41,043 nt of DNA from Promethearchaeota archaeon (GTDB lineage: Archaea > Asgardarchaeota > Lokiarchaeia > Sigyniarchaeales > SOKP01), in contig JAFGGO010000119.1 in the NCBI GenBank assembly GCA_016930515.1, positions 1 to 41,043 of the forward strand, given 5' to 3'. Shown here one piece after another: positions 18,462 to 28,936 of this stretch. The first letter of the stretch is position 1; each line of letters starts with the position of its first letter. Below the pieces are notes generated by a model that saw only the letters and a program-made list of their open reading frames with translations, was not told where the DNA came from and searched no databases. The translations under genes and the position numbers were made by a program.

Positions 18462-21400
18462 TTGGACGAAAAATATAACTTCGTTGAAGGAGAATATAAG
18501 GCACTATTGGACGCATTAACTCGCGGGGGTATTGGAATCGATATCATACGAAAAGATTATGTAATCCTATATCAAAACCAAACCTTAATTGACAAATTTG
18601 GTGATTCTGTGGGGAGTGCTTGCTACGAGAAATATATGGGCCTCACGCGACCGTGCGAGTTTTGTGCAATGGAAAAATCGATAAGAAATAATACTGTGGA
18701 AAAAACCGAATTAAAAGGTACAGATGGAAGAGATTACGAACTTGTATCGGTACCTCTCCCTAATCCCGATGGAAGCATTGATAAGGTCGTGGAGATCGCC
18801 ATTGACTTGACCAAACAAAAGACAATTGAGGAAGAACTGCGCTATAAAGACTACATTATTAATTCTACCGCGAGTGCTATTGCTACATACGACCTTCAAG
18901 GAATAATTAATTTCGTCAATCCCACTTTCGTAAGGATGTGGGGATATAACGATAGTAAAGAAATTTGTGGGAAAAATTTCATAGAATTCTTTAAAAACGA
19001 CCCTGTAGTAATTGAAGCTTTTCAAATTGTTTTAAAAGAAAGATATTGGTTCGGTGAACTAATAGCAAATAGAAAGGATGGAACCCTCTTTGATATACAA
19101 GCTTCAGCAAGCACTGTTTACGATAGCAATGGAACGCCCATAGCATTAATGGCCTCAATTATTGATATTACCGATCGCAAGCATAACGAAGAGCTCTTGA
19201 AATGTTCAGAAGAAAAATTCTTCCTTACATTCCAGGAAAGTATTGTTTTAATGGCCATAAGCACCATAGAGGAAGGTAAATTTATTGATGTGAATAAAGC
19301 ATTATTAAATACTCTTGGTTTTACAAGGGAAGAAGTAATTGGAAGAACTTCGAAAGAGCTAAATTTATACGCGGATTACGCCCAAAGAACGATACTAATA
19401 GATAAGTTAAAAGAATTTGACAATGTCAAGAATTTTGAACTGAATGTGAGGACGAAAGATGGAAGAATTGTCAATGGATTGTTTTCATCTTCAAGAATTA
19501 ATATTCAAGACAAGCCATACGTGCTGTCTATGATGACCGATATTACTGAGCTTAAAAAAGCGGAGCTAAAATTAAAAGAATCCGAAGAACAATTTAGAAT
19601 AATCGCAGAACAATCGCTGATGGGAATCGTCATTATTCAAGACAATAAAATACAATTTATTAACCGCGCTTGTTTGGATATTTATGGTTTAACACTTGAC
19701 CAAGTGAAGATTTTTGGTTTGAACGAATTAATGGAAAGAATACACCCAGATGACAAGGAATTTGTCTATGATCAAATGAGAAAAAAATTGAGTTCTGATC
19801 CAGAACCAGATCTTATGACTAATTATCAATTACGGGCATTAAATCAGTTTGGTCAGATTGTATGGACTGAAGTGTATTCAAAAACAATTACTTTCAATGA
19901 AAAACCGGCAATTTTTATTACATTAATTGATATCAATGAAAAGAGAAAAACCGAAGAAAATTTAAGAGATTCAGAAGAAAAATATCGAAATTTGTTTGAA
20001 AAATCTTCGAATGCCATTATATTGTTTGATATATCAGGAAACATCATTAATTGTAATCCTGCTGCTGAAAAGCTTGTTGGTTATTCATTAAATGATATTA
20101 TTGGGAAAAATTATTATAAATTTTCATTATTCACTCAAAATATTGAAAAAGGCCCTAAAGAGAGATTTCAAGCAATCAACAAAAGCAATGTGGAACCTTA
20201 TGAACTAGAAATAATGAGAAAAAATGGCACTAAAGTAAGAATTAAAGTCGCGATCTCTTATTTTAAAATTGGAGAAGAAGAATATTTTCAAGTGATAATC
20301 GAAGATATTACAGAACGAGCGGATTACGAACAAAAATTAAAAAAATCCGAAGAAAAATATCGCTTGATATCCGAAAATGCTTACGACTTGATTGCAATTC
20401 TCGATAGCATGTTCAAGCACATCTATATTAACGAAGGAGCCTATAAGAGAACCTTGGGATATTCTCAAAAGGACATGCTAGGAAAAATATCCTGGGATTT
20501 CGTTCATCCTGAAGATGTAAAGAGTTTGTTAGGTTCGAAGAACTATAGAGAAATGGATTTGTCAGAATTCAATGAGTTTCAAAAAGAACAACTACGTATA
20601 AGGCGTAAAAACGGCACATATGTTTGGTTAGAATATACAAGCAAGATATTCCTTAACGAGAGCGGTGAAAAAAATGTCATGCTCATAAGCAGGGATATTA
20701 CAGAACGTAAATCATCAGAAAAAGAAATAAAAAGGAGAAACCTTGAACTTTCCGTATTAAATAAGATTATAACCCTTGGTAACGAATTAAACAATCTTGA
20801 AGAATTTCTTTCCAAGGCTTACAACGAAGTGTTAAAAACCGTTAATTTCGACAGGGGGGGGGTATATTTGTACGATCCGGATACCAAACACAATAAACTT
20901 GTATATTATACAAATGTAAATCCTGAATTCATAAAAGCCGTGAATTATATAGACATATCATCCAAGCCTTTTAACATCGTTTTTGATAAAAATGTTCCCT
21001 ACTACATAGAGGATTTTTCTGAATATATGGAAAGTTCTAAATCGCTCGGGGTTCATTCTGCCGTGATCATTCCACTACGCTCGAAAAATGAATATGTGGG
21101 TAGCATGAACTTCGGAGCACCCACTCATCAAGTACTTACGACTCATGAATTGAATTTATTAGTAGCAATAGGAAAACAAATGGGTATTCTTATTCAAAAA
21201 TTTGAGTCAGAACGGTTGCTCAAAGAATCGGAGGAGAAATATCGGTTTTATTTTGAGAATTCCCCAATAGGTATATTTTTATTCGATAAAGAGGGAATTT
21301 TAATCGAAGCAAACACGAATTCTTTTGATTATCTTACGGGACAACCAATATCCATGCTAATTGGAAAAACAATATTGGAGATTGCAAGTTATTTCAAAAA

Positions 21401-22334
21401 CCCTCAGGAACTCGAACAGGAGATTAAAAGAAGAGAATATTTGAGAGCGAAAGGGGAAAAGGAAGTTCCAGTCGAGCTGAGGATCTTAAAACACAATGGA
21501 AAAATAAGCTGGGTGCAATGGAATAGTAAGACTATTTTTATAAAAGATAAGAGATATTTATTAGGGGCCCTAGTGGATATTACCAAACAAAAAAAAGCAC
21601 AAAGATTAATTGTAGAAGAAAACAAAAAACTCCAAGAATTAATAACCATGAGACAGGAACTCGTTACCAGAATCTCACACGAGTTAAAAACGCCGATAAC
21701 ATCAATATATGGGGCATCCCAAGCGCTTTTTGAACTTCACAAGCATGAGATGAGCGATCAAGTTTTCGAGTTTGTTGATATAATGCAAAGGGGGATTAAA
21801 AGGTTGAAAGACCTGGTAGAAAATTTATTGGATGTTTCAAGGCTTGAATCGAGGAACTTTAAAATCAATATTTCTACAGTAAATATTGCTGAAATCATTA
21901 AAGAAAGAGTAAAAGAACTAGATTACATGGCTAGAACCCGAAAACTTAGCGTAGATATATCAAATATAGAGGATATAATTCTCGAAGTGGATAAACTACT
22001 AATTGGTCAAGTAATAACAAATGTCATATCAAATGCAATTAACAATACTCCTCCAGGAGGAACGATTACCATCAGAACCAAGCAATTAAAAGAGCAAGTT
22101 GACATTGTCATCTCAGATACGGGTGTGGGGATAACAAAAGAAGAGAAATCGAGACTATTCAAAAAATTTGGGAAGATAGAGCGGTTTGGACGTGGATTTG
22201 ATGTTTATACTGAAGGATCGGGACTTGGATTATTTATCTCGAACGAATTTGTAAAGCTTCACGGAGGTAGAATGTTTGTCGAATCAAAAGGGCGGAATAA
22301 AGGTGCTATGTTTACGATCCAGCTTTTAAAATGA
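18462..22334 (+). CDS. Cytoplasmic multi-PAS (about 7) / GAF sensor histidine kinase
   Basis: Repeated DITERK/SEEKYR PAS linkers; GAF domain; ISHELKTPI H-box; NAINNT, DTGVG, GSGLGL, HGG. Confidence 0.93.
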   Translation: MDEKYNFVEGEYKALLDALTRGGIGIDIIRKDYVILYQNQTLIDKFGDSVGSACYEKYMGLTRPCEFCAMEKSIRNNTVEKTELKGTDGRDYELVSVPLPNPDGSIDKVVEIAIDLTKQKTIEEELRYKDYIINSTASAIATYDLQGIINFVNPTFVRMWGYNDSKEICGKNFIEFFKNDPVVIEAFQIVLKERYWFGELIANRKDGTLFDIQASASTVYDSNGTPIALMASIIDITDRKHNEELLKCSEEKFFLTFQESIVLMAISTIEEGKFIDVNKALLNTLGFTREEVIGRTSKELNLYADYAQRTILIDKLKEFDNVKNFELNVRTKDGRIVNGLFSSSRINIQDKPYVLSMMTDITELKKAELKLKESEEQFRIIAEQSLMGIVIIQDNKIQFINRACLDIYGLTLDQVKIFGLNELMERIHPDDKEFVYDQMRKKLSSDPEPDLMTNYQLRALNQFGQIVWTEVYSKTITFNEKPAIFITLIDINEKRKTEENLRDSEEKYRNLFEKSSNAIILFDISGNIINCNPAAEKLVGYSLNDIIGKNYYKFSLFTQNIEKGPKERFQAINKSNVEPYELEIMRKNGTKVRIKVAISYFKIGEEEYFQVIIEDITERADYEQKLKKSEEKYRLISENAYDLIAILDSMFKHIYINEGAYKRTLGYSQKDMLGKISWDFVHPEDVKSLLGSKNYREMDLSEFNEFQKEQLRIRRKNGTYVWLEYTSKIFLNESGEKNVMLISRDITERKSSEKEIKRRNLELSVLNKIITLGNELNNLEEFLSKAYNEVLKTVNFDRGGVYLYDPDTKHNKLVYYTNVNPEFIKAVNYIDISSKPFNIVFDKNVPYYIEDFSEYMESSKSLGVHSAVIIPLRSKNEYVGSMNFGAPTHQVLTTHELNLLVAIGKQMGILIQKFESERLLKESEEKYRFYFENSPIGIFLFDKEGILIEANTNSFDYLTGQPISMLIGKTILEIASYFKNPQELEQEIKRREYLRAKGEKEVPVELRILKHNGKISWVQWNSKTIFIKDKRYLLGALVDITKQKKAQRLIVEENKKLQELITMRQELVTRISHELKTPITSIYGASQALFELHKHEMSDQVFEFVDIMQRGIKRLKDLVENLLDVSRLESRNFKINISTVNIAEIIKERVKELDYMARTRKLSVDISNIEDIILEVDKLLIGQVITNVISNAINNTPPGGTITIRTKQLKEQVDIVISDTGVGITKEEKSRLFKKFGKIERFGRGFDVYTEGSGLGLFISNEFVKLHGGRMFVESKGRNKGAMFTIQLLK

Positions 22335-22374
22335 TGCAACAAGCCGTTAAAAATTAAAATTTTTTGCTTGATGT

Positions 22375-24174
22375 TTATTTATATACCTTGTTCACATATT
22401 CGAGAGATTGATGACGGAAATATGTGTTGTATAATTCTGAATATTTACCATTCTTTTCCATGAGCTGATCATGGTTTCCTTCCTCCACGATCTTACCGTG
22501 ATCCAACACTACTATCTTGTCAACATGGCGCACGGTCCACAATCGATGGGCGATAATAATCGAAGTTCTGTTTTTAATAGTTTTTTCCAGAGCGTCCTGT
22601 ATTTTAGTTTCCGTAAAGGGATCGATCGAAGCCGTGGCTTCGTCTAAAATTAATATTGATGGATCTTCCAATAAAACTCGAGCAAAGACGGCAAGTTGGC
22701 GCTGCCCCATGGAAAGCAAGCTCCCCCTCTCTCGAATATAGGTGTTTAGGCCGTTAGAAAGGTCCTCTACCCAATCGGCACCTCCCGCCTGCTCTAATGC
22801 GTCTATTACGCTTTCTCTCGAAGCCTCTTTACAACAATATGTAATATTATTCTCCAGCGTGTCCGCCCATAAAAATGGAGTCTGGGGGATGATTCCAATT
22901 TGCTTTCGATATTCAGGAATATCGTATTTCCTGATGCTGATACCGTCAATTAATATATCTCCTCCTTGGAATTCGTAAAATCTTGCGATTAAACTCGCTA
23001 AGCTTGACTTTCCTGCACCAGTATGTCCTACAATAGCGATCGATTCTCCAGGGTCGATCTTGAGCGAAAAATCTTTAAAAACGGATTTATCTGCTTCGTA
23101 TTCAAATGTAAGGTTTTTAAACTCAATTGAACCCTTCAATCTATTCGGTATTATGTTGTCTATTTGAATTATTTTTGATTGCGTGTCAATTAATGCAAAT
23201 ATTCGCTCACCTGCGGATAAACCTGTTTGAAATTGTGGCCAAAACGACGCAATTGAGAATAATGGAAAACTTAAAAACCAGGTACTTTGGATGAATAAAA
23301 GCAATTGACCAGAATTTAACCCGCTACTCAATACCAATGAGCCTCCAAAATACACGAATAACATCAAAATAATCCCCTGAACGACGCCTAAGGAAGGAAA
23401 AATAGCGTTAAGCACGAAAGCTCTTCGTAAATTCACTCCATACGATTGCTTATTCACTTTATTAAAATTATTGTAAAGCTTTTCTTCTTGGCGAAAAGTC
23501 TTGGCGATTTGAATGCCCGAAAAACTTTCCTTAACATAAGAGTTCACCGAAGCAAGAGCTCTCTGACCTAATAAAGTTTTTTTTCTCGCAACTCTTCTAA
23601 ACACCAACGCGATCAAAAAAAAGATGGGAATGGCGATGAGGAATAATAAGGTTAGAAACACGCTAATGAAAAACATGTAGCTTATTAAAAACACCACGCT
23701 AAATAAGTTGGCGATGGCTTGGATTGTAAGATCCACGGCAGTTCCAAACTCGTCAGAATCTCGATTAACTCTTGATACGATCTTTCCAATTGGATTTTTA
23801 TCAAAAAAAGACAAGTCGTGATTAAGCACGGCGGCGTTGGCATCGATTCGGATGTCCATTATTACATTTCCGATGACCTTAGCAGAATTGATCTGTTGGA
23901 AGTAGTTTATCACATATGCCGAAAGATTGATGCATAACATGAGAACAACGATAAATGTCAAATAGATTAAATTGGGGGTAATCTCAAGGTTCTGAATTGC
24001 GATTGATGTGAGGATTGGTAAAAAAGAGCTTGAAATAGACGATATTACTAATAAAATGATTATTAATATCATTTTTTTACGATATTTCTTGAAATAAGTA
24101 CTGATTCGATTAAATAGAACTTTATCCTTGTATTGACGGTCGTATTCTTCAGCGTCAAGTCCAGAAAAGACCAT
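22375..24174 (-). CDS. ABC exporter subunit (TMD+NBD)
   Basis: GHTGAGKS, LSMGQRQ, ILDEAT, IAHRL. Confidence 0.93.
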   Translation of the reverse strand: MVFSGLDAEEYDRQYKDKVLFNRISTYFKKYRKKMILIIILLVISSISSSFLPILTSIAIQNLEITPNLIYLTFIVVLMLCINLSAYVINYFQQINSAKVIGNVIMDIRIDANAAVLNHDLSFFDKNPIGKIVSRVNRDSDEFGTAVDLTIQAIANLFSVVFLISYMFFISVFLTLLFLIAIPIFFLIALVFRRVARKKTLLGQRALASVNSYVKESFSGIQIAKTFRQEEKLYNNFNKVNKQSYGVNLRRAFVLNAIFPSLGVVQGIILMLFVYFGGSLVLSSGLNSGQLLLFIQSTWFLSFPLFSIASFWPQFQTGLSAGERIFALIDTQSKIIQIDNIIPNRLKGSIEFKNLTFEYEADKSVFKDFSLKIDPGESIAIVGHTGAGKSSLASLIARFYEFQGGDILIDGISIRKYDIPEYRKQIGIIPQTPFLWADTLENNITYCCKEASRESVIDALEQAGGADWVEDLSNGLNTYIRERGSLLSMGQRQLAVFARVLLEDPSILILDEATASIDPFTETKIQDALEKTIKNRTSIIIAHRLWTVRHVDKIVVLDHGKIVEEGNHDQLMEKNGKYSELYNTYFRHQSLEYVNKVYK

Positions 24175-26019
24175 TTAACTGTTCACCTCCTTGAGTAGTG
24201 ATTGTTCGTCAATGTCAAACCGTTTTACAAAGATTTTACGATATTCTTCTGATGATTTTATTAATTCTTCGTGCGTTCCTAGTGCTTCTATTTGGCCCCT
24301 TTTGAGCACGATGATCAGGTCTGCCCATCGAATTTGAGATAATCTATGTGTGATTAAGAAAGTCGTTCTATTAACAAGGATGTTTCTTATTGCTCTTTGA
24401 ATTTTGTCCTCGGTTTCTGAATCGATAGCAGAAGTTGAGTCGTCAAGGACGAGAATTCTTGGGTTTGTGAGAAACGCTCGAGCAATGGCAATTCTCTGCC
24501 GTTCGCCGCCACTTAATTGAACACCTCTTTCCCCTATTTCCGTATCGTATCCCTTGGGGAGTCTTGATATGAAATCGTCTGCCTGAGCATTTTTTGCGGC
24601 TGTTATTATGTCTTCACGCGAACTCTCACGCCCAAATGAGATATTTTCGATGATCTTATTGGAAAACAAGAAAATGTCTTGTTCGATGTAATTCACTTGT
24701 TTTCTAAGAGATTTTAAGGAAAAATCCTTGACATCAACGCCGTCAACCAATATTCTTCCCTTGTTAACATCGTACAATCGAGAGATTAGTTTAGTCAATG
24801 TGGTCTTACCCGAACCAGTCGTACCAGCGATAGCTACCGTTTGACCTGGTTTAACTTGGAAAGTCATATTTTTTAAAATAAAGTTGTCGTATCCAGGATA
24901 TTTAAACCAGACATTTTCAAATTTAACATTACCTTCTATCTGTTTTTCCGTCCCTTCAATGTTTTCGTCTATTTCAGTGTCGTTATTCATGATTTCTAAT
25001 AACCTTTTTGCTCCAGCTCCAGCTAACTTGACGAGTGCAAATACAAAATATGATATATTAGTAGGAAAGGAAAGTTGTGAGAGCAAGCCAATGTAAGAGA
25101 TTATTTGACCGACAGACATGGAATCATTCAAATATAAATTGATTGCAATTCCTAATCCGATCGTGTTCATAATGCCCAAAAATAAGATTGGTAAATATTT
25201 TGCCTGCAATTTTCCCTCGAGAACGAAAGCATCCCTGTAATTTTTAATTTTTGATAAATATTTTTGCTTTTCAATTGATTCTTTTACGGTGCTTTTCACT
25301 AAGGCAATACCTGATAAGGATTCGTTAAGGATGGAGTTCATGTTACCGAACTCGTATCTAAGCGCTCCCGTGACCGGACTTATTTTTTTCGTGTAATCCT
25401 TTAGGGCAATAATAAATAGAATTGTAAAGCAAATAGGTGGAACGAGTAAAGGTAAGGGATAAAACAAATAAATGTAAATAATTGGTACTATTAATGATGT
25501 AAAAGACTCGAGAATAAGCGATACGGCGGGACTTATCAATAAATTCAAGGTTCTCACGTCATCCGTTGTCCTCGCCATTAAATCGCCGATTTTTTGTTGA
25601 TCATGAAAGGATTGACTCTTACCCAATAAGTTCACATAAAACTCTTGCCTAGAATCTCGCTCAAGCCTTTGAGCTAAAACTTCCCTCATCATGAAGTTGA
25701 AAAGCCGCATTACAGGAGCGCTTAATCCAAGTATTAAGATCACTATAGAATAGAATAAGAGCGAATCCCAGTTGCCCTGAACGAATTGATTGATGGCCTC
25801 TCCTACAAATATTAAAGTAGAAGATGATAACATTGAAGAGATAACCGTGGTAAATAAGACGATGGTAATGAATATTTTATTAGATCCCTTAAATACATGT
25901 TTCAATATCCATCTGGTAACACCTTTTTTTCGAGCTTTAGAGAATGGATCGCTACTTAAGGAAAATTCTACCAGTTGATTATTTATATGATTCACGGTTT
26001 TTTTAGTATCACTTGTCAT
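24175..26019 (-). CDS. ABC exporter subunit (TMD+NBD) with degenerate Walker B
   Basis: GTTGSGKT, LSGGERQ, VLDDSTS, ITHRL; abuts its partner gene. Confidence 0.93.
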   Translation of the reverse strand: MTSDTKKTVNHINNQLVEFSLSSDPFSKARKKGVTRWILKHVFKGSNKIFITIVLFTTVISSMLSSSTLIFVGEAINQFVQGNWDSLLFYSIVILILGLSAPVMRLFNFMMREVLAQRLERDSRQEFYVNLLGKSQSFHDQQKIGDLMARTTDDVRTLNLLISPAVSLILESFTSLIVPIIYIYLFYPLPLLVPPICFTILFIIALKDYTKKISPVTGALRYEFGNMNSILNESLSGIALVKSTVKESIEKQKYLSKIKNYRDAFVLEGKLQAKYLPILFLGIMNTIGLGIAINLYLNDSMSVGQIISYIGLLSQLSFPTNISYFVFALVKLAGAGAKRLLEIMNNDTEIDENIEGTEKQIEGNVKFENVWFKYPGYDNFILKNMTFQVKPGQTVAIAGTTGSGKTTLTKLISRLYDVNKGRILVDGVDVKDFSLKSLRKQVNYIEQDIFLFSNKIIENISFGRESSREDIITAAKNAQADDFISRLPKGYDTEIGERGVQLSGGERQRIAIARAFLTNPRILVLDDSTSAIDSETEDKIQRAIRNILVNRTTFLITHRLSQIRWADLIIVLKRGQIEALGTHEELIKSSEEYRKIFVKRFDIDEQSLLKEVNS

Positions 26020-26378
26020 GTTATCATTAGTTATTCATATTATACTATCTGCAAAAAGAATAAAAATATTATAGCTCAAGTTGTTATCTATTATACTTTC
26101 TTTTTGTATGAAATGATTATAAAATATTAATGGGAATTTCTAAACGAATCATCAAAAAAGTTTAAGTCTAACCTATTTGATTTTAACATGAGGTTCCCGA
26201 GGCTATATTGGCTATATTGTTTTAGCGCGAATAATATGGTTAAATTGCAGTATTAAGAACAAGTTATGATAGAATCATAAAACTTTTAAAAAATAAACAA
26301 TATACATTAATATATACGGAACATATAGAATATAACTCTATCGATTGAATTTATTAATAAATATTTAGAAGATAAGAA

Positions 26379-27707
26379 ATGACTCGGCAAGATATGGCAT
26401 TATTTCCTGGATGCATGATAAGCTACCGGCTTCCTTTCATCGAAGTTTCGGTAAGAAAAATATTAGACGAATTTGGAGTTAATTATGCAGAAAACAATAA
26501 GTTTTCGTGCTGTCCAGAACCAAACGGTATAAAAAATCTTGATGAAATGGCTTATTGCGTGACCGCTGCGAGAAATTTGGCTCTTGCCGAAGAAAGCAAC
26601 AGGCACATCTTGACCCCTTGTAATGGATGTTTTGAAACATTAAAAGGAATCAGGAGTGAAATTAAAGTTGATGGGCATTTTAGAAAAACAATCAATTCAT
26701 ATCTTGAAAAAATAGATCTACAAGTTACGGGCAAATCGGATGTTATGCATTTCGTTGAGTTCATCCACAAGTTTGGCAAGGACAACATCAAAGAAAAGAT
26801 TCAATATCCACTTAACTCTTTGAGAGTTGCGGTTCATTACGGGTGTCATTTTTTAAGACCCAGCAATAAAATCCAGATGGACGATCCTATGGAGCCTCAC
26901 ATCTTTGATAAGTTGATTGAAGACTTGGGCGCCACCAGCGTGGATTATGTTTATAAGATGGATTGTTGCGGCGGCAGTCTTGCCAGAGCAGATAATCCTG
27001 ATTCTGCCTTAGAAATGATACAGAACAAGCTAGAGAGTATGAAGGGCGCAAACATAGATGTAATCGTTGTTGGTTGCCCGCAATGCTTCATACAATTCGA
27101 TCACCTACAGCAGGATTTAAAAAAGATTGATTACATTTACGATATTCCCGTATTGTATTATTCAGAATTGTTATGCATTGCTTTAGGTATTGAAATACGA
27201 GATATCATCAAGAGATATCACAGGACGCCCGTGGATTCGATATTTCAAAAAATCGATGAGGTTCATATCAAGCAAGAAAAAATAAAAGAATATTTTGACC
27301 TAAAATTCCTCAACGATTGCTATTCCTGTGGCGCATGCAATAACGATTGTCCTGTTGCAAAAATAACAAATTTCAATCCGAAAGAAATCTTGGGAAAGTT
27401 ACTCGAGGGAAAGCTAGAAGAAGTGCTCGAAGATCCATCAATATGGATGTGTCTTGATTGTTATGTTTGTTACGAGCTATGTCCGATGAAAACGGGTTTG
27501 GTTGATGTTTTTACTACTCTCAGAAATCTAGCAAGCGAAAAAGGAAAGGTTTCTCATGGTTTTGCCACTGAATATGAATCATTTGAAAAAACGGGTACGG
27601 TTGCCCTGTATTCAAAGGCAGCTCGAACAAGAGTTGGCTTGGAATCTGCTAAACCCGAACTGAAGGATTTAAAAAAATTATTAAAAATAATTAAGGAAGA
27701 AAAATAA
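26379..27707 (+). CDS. Heterodisulfide reductase HdrB-HdrC-like fusion (two CCG domains + 4Fe-4S dicluster)
   Basis: PGC...SCCP...TPCNGC; HYGCH...DCCGG...GCPQC; CYSCGACNNDCP and CLDCYVCYELCP. Confidence 0.88.
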   Translation: MTRQDMALFPGCMISYRLPFIEVSVRKILDEFGVNYAENNKFSCCPEPNGIKNLDEMAYCVTAARNLALAEESNRHILTPCNGCFETLKGIRSEIKVDGHFRKTINSYLEKIDLQVTGKSDVMHFVEFIHKFGKDNIKEKIQYPLNSLRVAVHYGCHFLRPSNKIQMDDPMEPHIFDKLIEDLGATSVDYVYKMDCCGGSLARADNPDSALEMIQNKLESMKGANIDVIVVGCPQCFIQFDHLQQDLKKIDYIYDIPVLYYSELLCIALGIEIRDIIKRYHRTPVDSIFQKIDEVHIKQEKIKEYFDLKFLNDCYSCGACNNDCPVAKITNFNPKEILGKLLEGKLEEVLEDPSIWMCLDCYVCYELCPMKTGLVDVFTTLRNLASEKGKVSHGFATEYESFEKTGTVALYSKAARTRVGLESAKPELKDLKKLLKIIKEEK

Positions 27708-27735
27708 CATTAAGAGGAAAAGAGGATAAAAAAGA

Positions 27736-28929
27736 ATGCGATGGAAAAATTACACGTCCTTACCGGAAGAATTTCGAAATCATAGAGTGTTTGACGGGTG
27801 TGGAATTTCTGGATTTATCAATATAGACGGTAAAAAAGAAGATGGTAGGAAAATTACCAACATGTTAACCATCTTAAACGATCGTGAAAATGGATTGGGT
27901 GCCGGATACGCCGCATACGGAATATATCCACAATATAAGGACCATTATGCTCTTCACTTTTTATTCGACAACGAGGCGAGCAAGCTTAAAGTCATCAACT
28001 ACTTATCAGATGTGGGATTTATCATACAATCAGAATCGATTCCAACGAAAATACCCCCGAATGTGGACAACCCCCCAATTACTTGGAGGGTATTTTTCGA
28101 TCCTAAAGAAAAGAAAAACATTTCTGACGATGAACAGGTCGTTCAATTGGTCATGAATATCAACCAAAATTTTGAAGGTGCTTTTGTCATGTCGTCAGGA
28201 AAGGATATGGGCGTGTTCAAGGGAAACGGATGGTCCCGCGAGATTGCCGAATTCTATATGATTAAAGATTATAAAGCATATATGTGGTTAGCGCATTCCA
28301 GATTTCCGACTAATACTCCAGGATGGTGGGGGGGTGCTCATCCGTTCAATCTACTTAACACGTCCGTAGTTCATAACGGTGAAATTACCTCTTACGGCAC
28401 GAACATGAGATATTTAGAATCGTTCGGATACAAGTGTACGCTCCACACCGATACGGAAGTCATTGCCTACCTGGTTGATTTATTATGTAGAAAACACAAT
28501 ATTCCCATCGAGATCGCCAGCTTGGCCTTAGCTCCACCCTTATTTAACGAAATTGATCGCCTTAATAAAAACCAAGCACTTGCTCTCAAACATATTAGGG
28601 CTACCTATCGATCCGCAATGTTGAATGGTCCCTTTTCCATAGTTGTTGGTTTTGCAGATCCTATACCCACGATGATTGGACTTACGGATCGCAAGAAATT
28701 GAGACCCTTGGTTGCTGGCGTTTCTAAAGATGAAAATACTGTTTATATGAGCAGCGAAGAAGCTTCTTTCAAGAGGATGATGATTAACCCGAACATCGAT
28801 TTCTCTCTGAAAGAAATCTGGCACCCAAAAAGTGGCACGGCGATAATTGCAAGCCTAGATCAAGGTTTAATGAGAAATGGTCTTGAAAAACCATTGGAAA
28901 AAATAAAACTCACAGTAACAGGAGCCTGA
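27736..28929 (+). CDS. gltB1: Glutamate synthase domain 1 (class II glutamine amidotransferase subunit)
   Basis: DGCGISG, DRENGLGAGYA, AHSRFPTNTPGWWGGAHPF, HNGEITSY, TDTEV. Confidence 0.9.
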   Translation: MRWKNYTSLPEEFRNHRVFDGCGISGFINIDGKKEDGRKITNMLTILNDRENGLGAGYAAYGIYPQYKDHYALHFLFDNEASKLKVINYLSDVGFIIQSESIPTKIPPNVDNPPITWRVFFDPKEKKNISDDEQVVQLVMNINQNFEGAFVMSSGKDMGVFKGNGWSREIAEFYMIKDYKAYMWLAHSRFPTNTPGWWGGAHPFNLLNTSVVHNGEITSYGTNMRYLESFGYKCTLHTDTEVIAYLVDLLCRKHNIPIEIASLALAPPLFNEIDRLNKNQALALKHIRATYRSAMLNGPFSIVVGFADPIPTMIGLTDRKKLRPLVAGVSKDENTVYMSSEEASFKRMMINPNIDFSLKEIWHPKSGTAIIASLDQGLMRNGLEKPLEKIKLTVTGA

Positions 28930-28936
28930 AAGAAAA

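Noticed and set aside
26379-27707. Selenocysteine recoding in the Hdr-like or Fe-S genes
   Set aside because: No in-frame TGA; all Cys motifs are complete.
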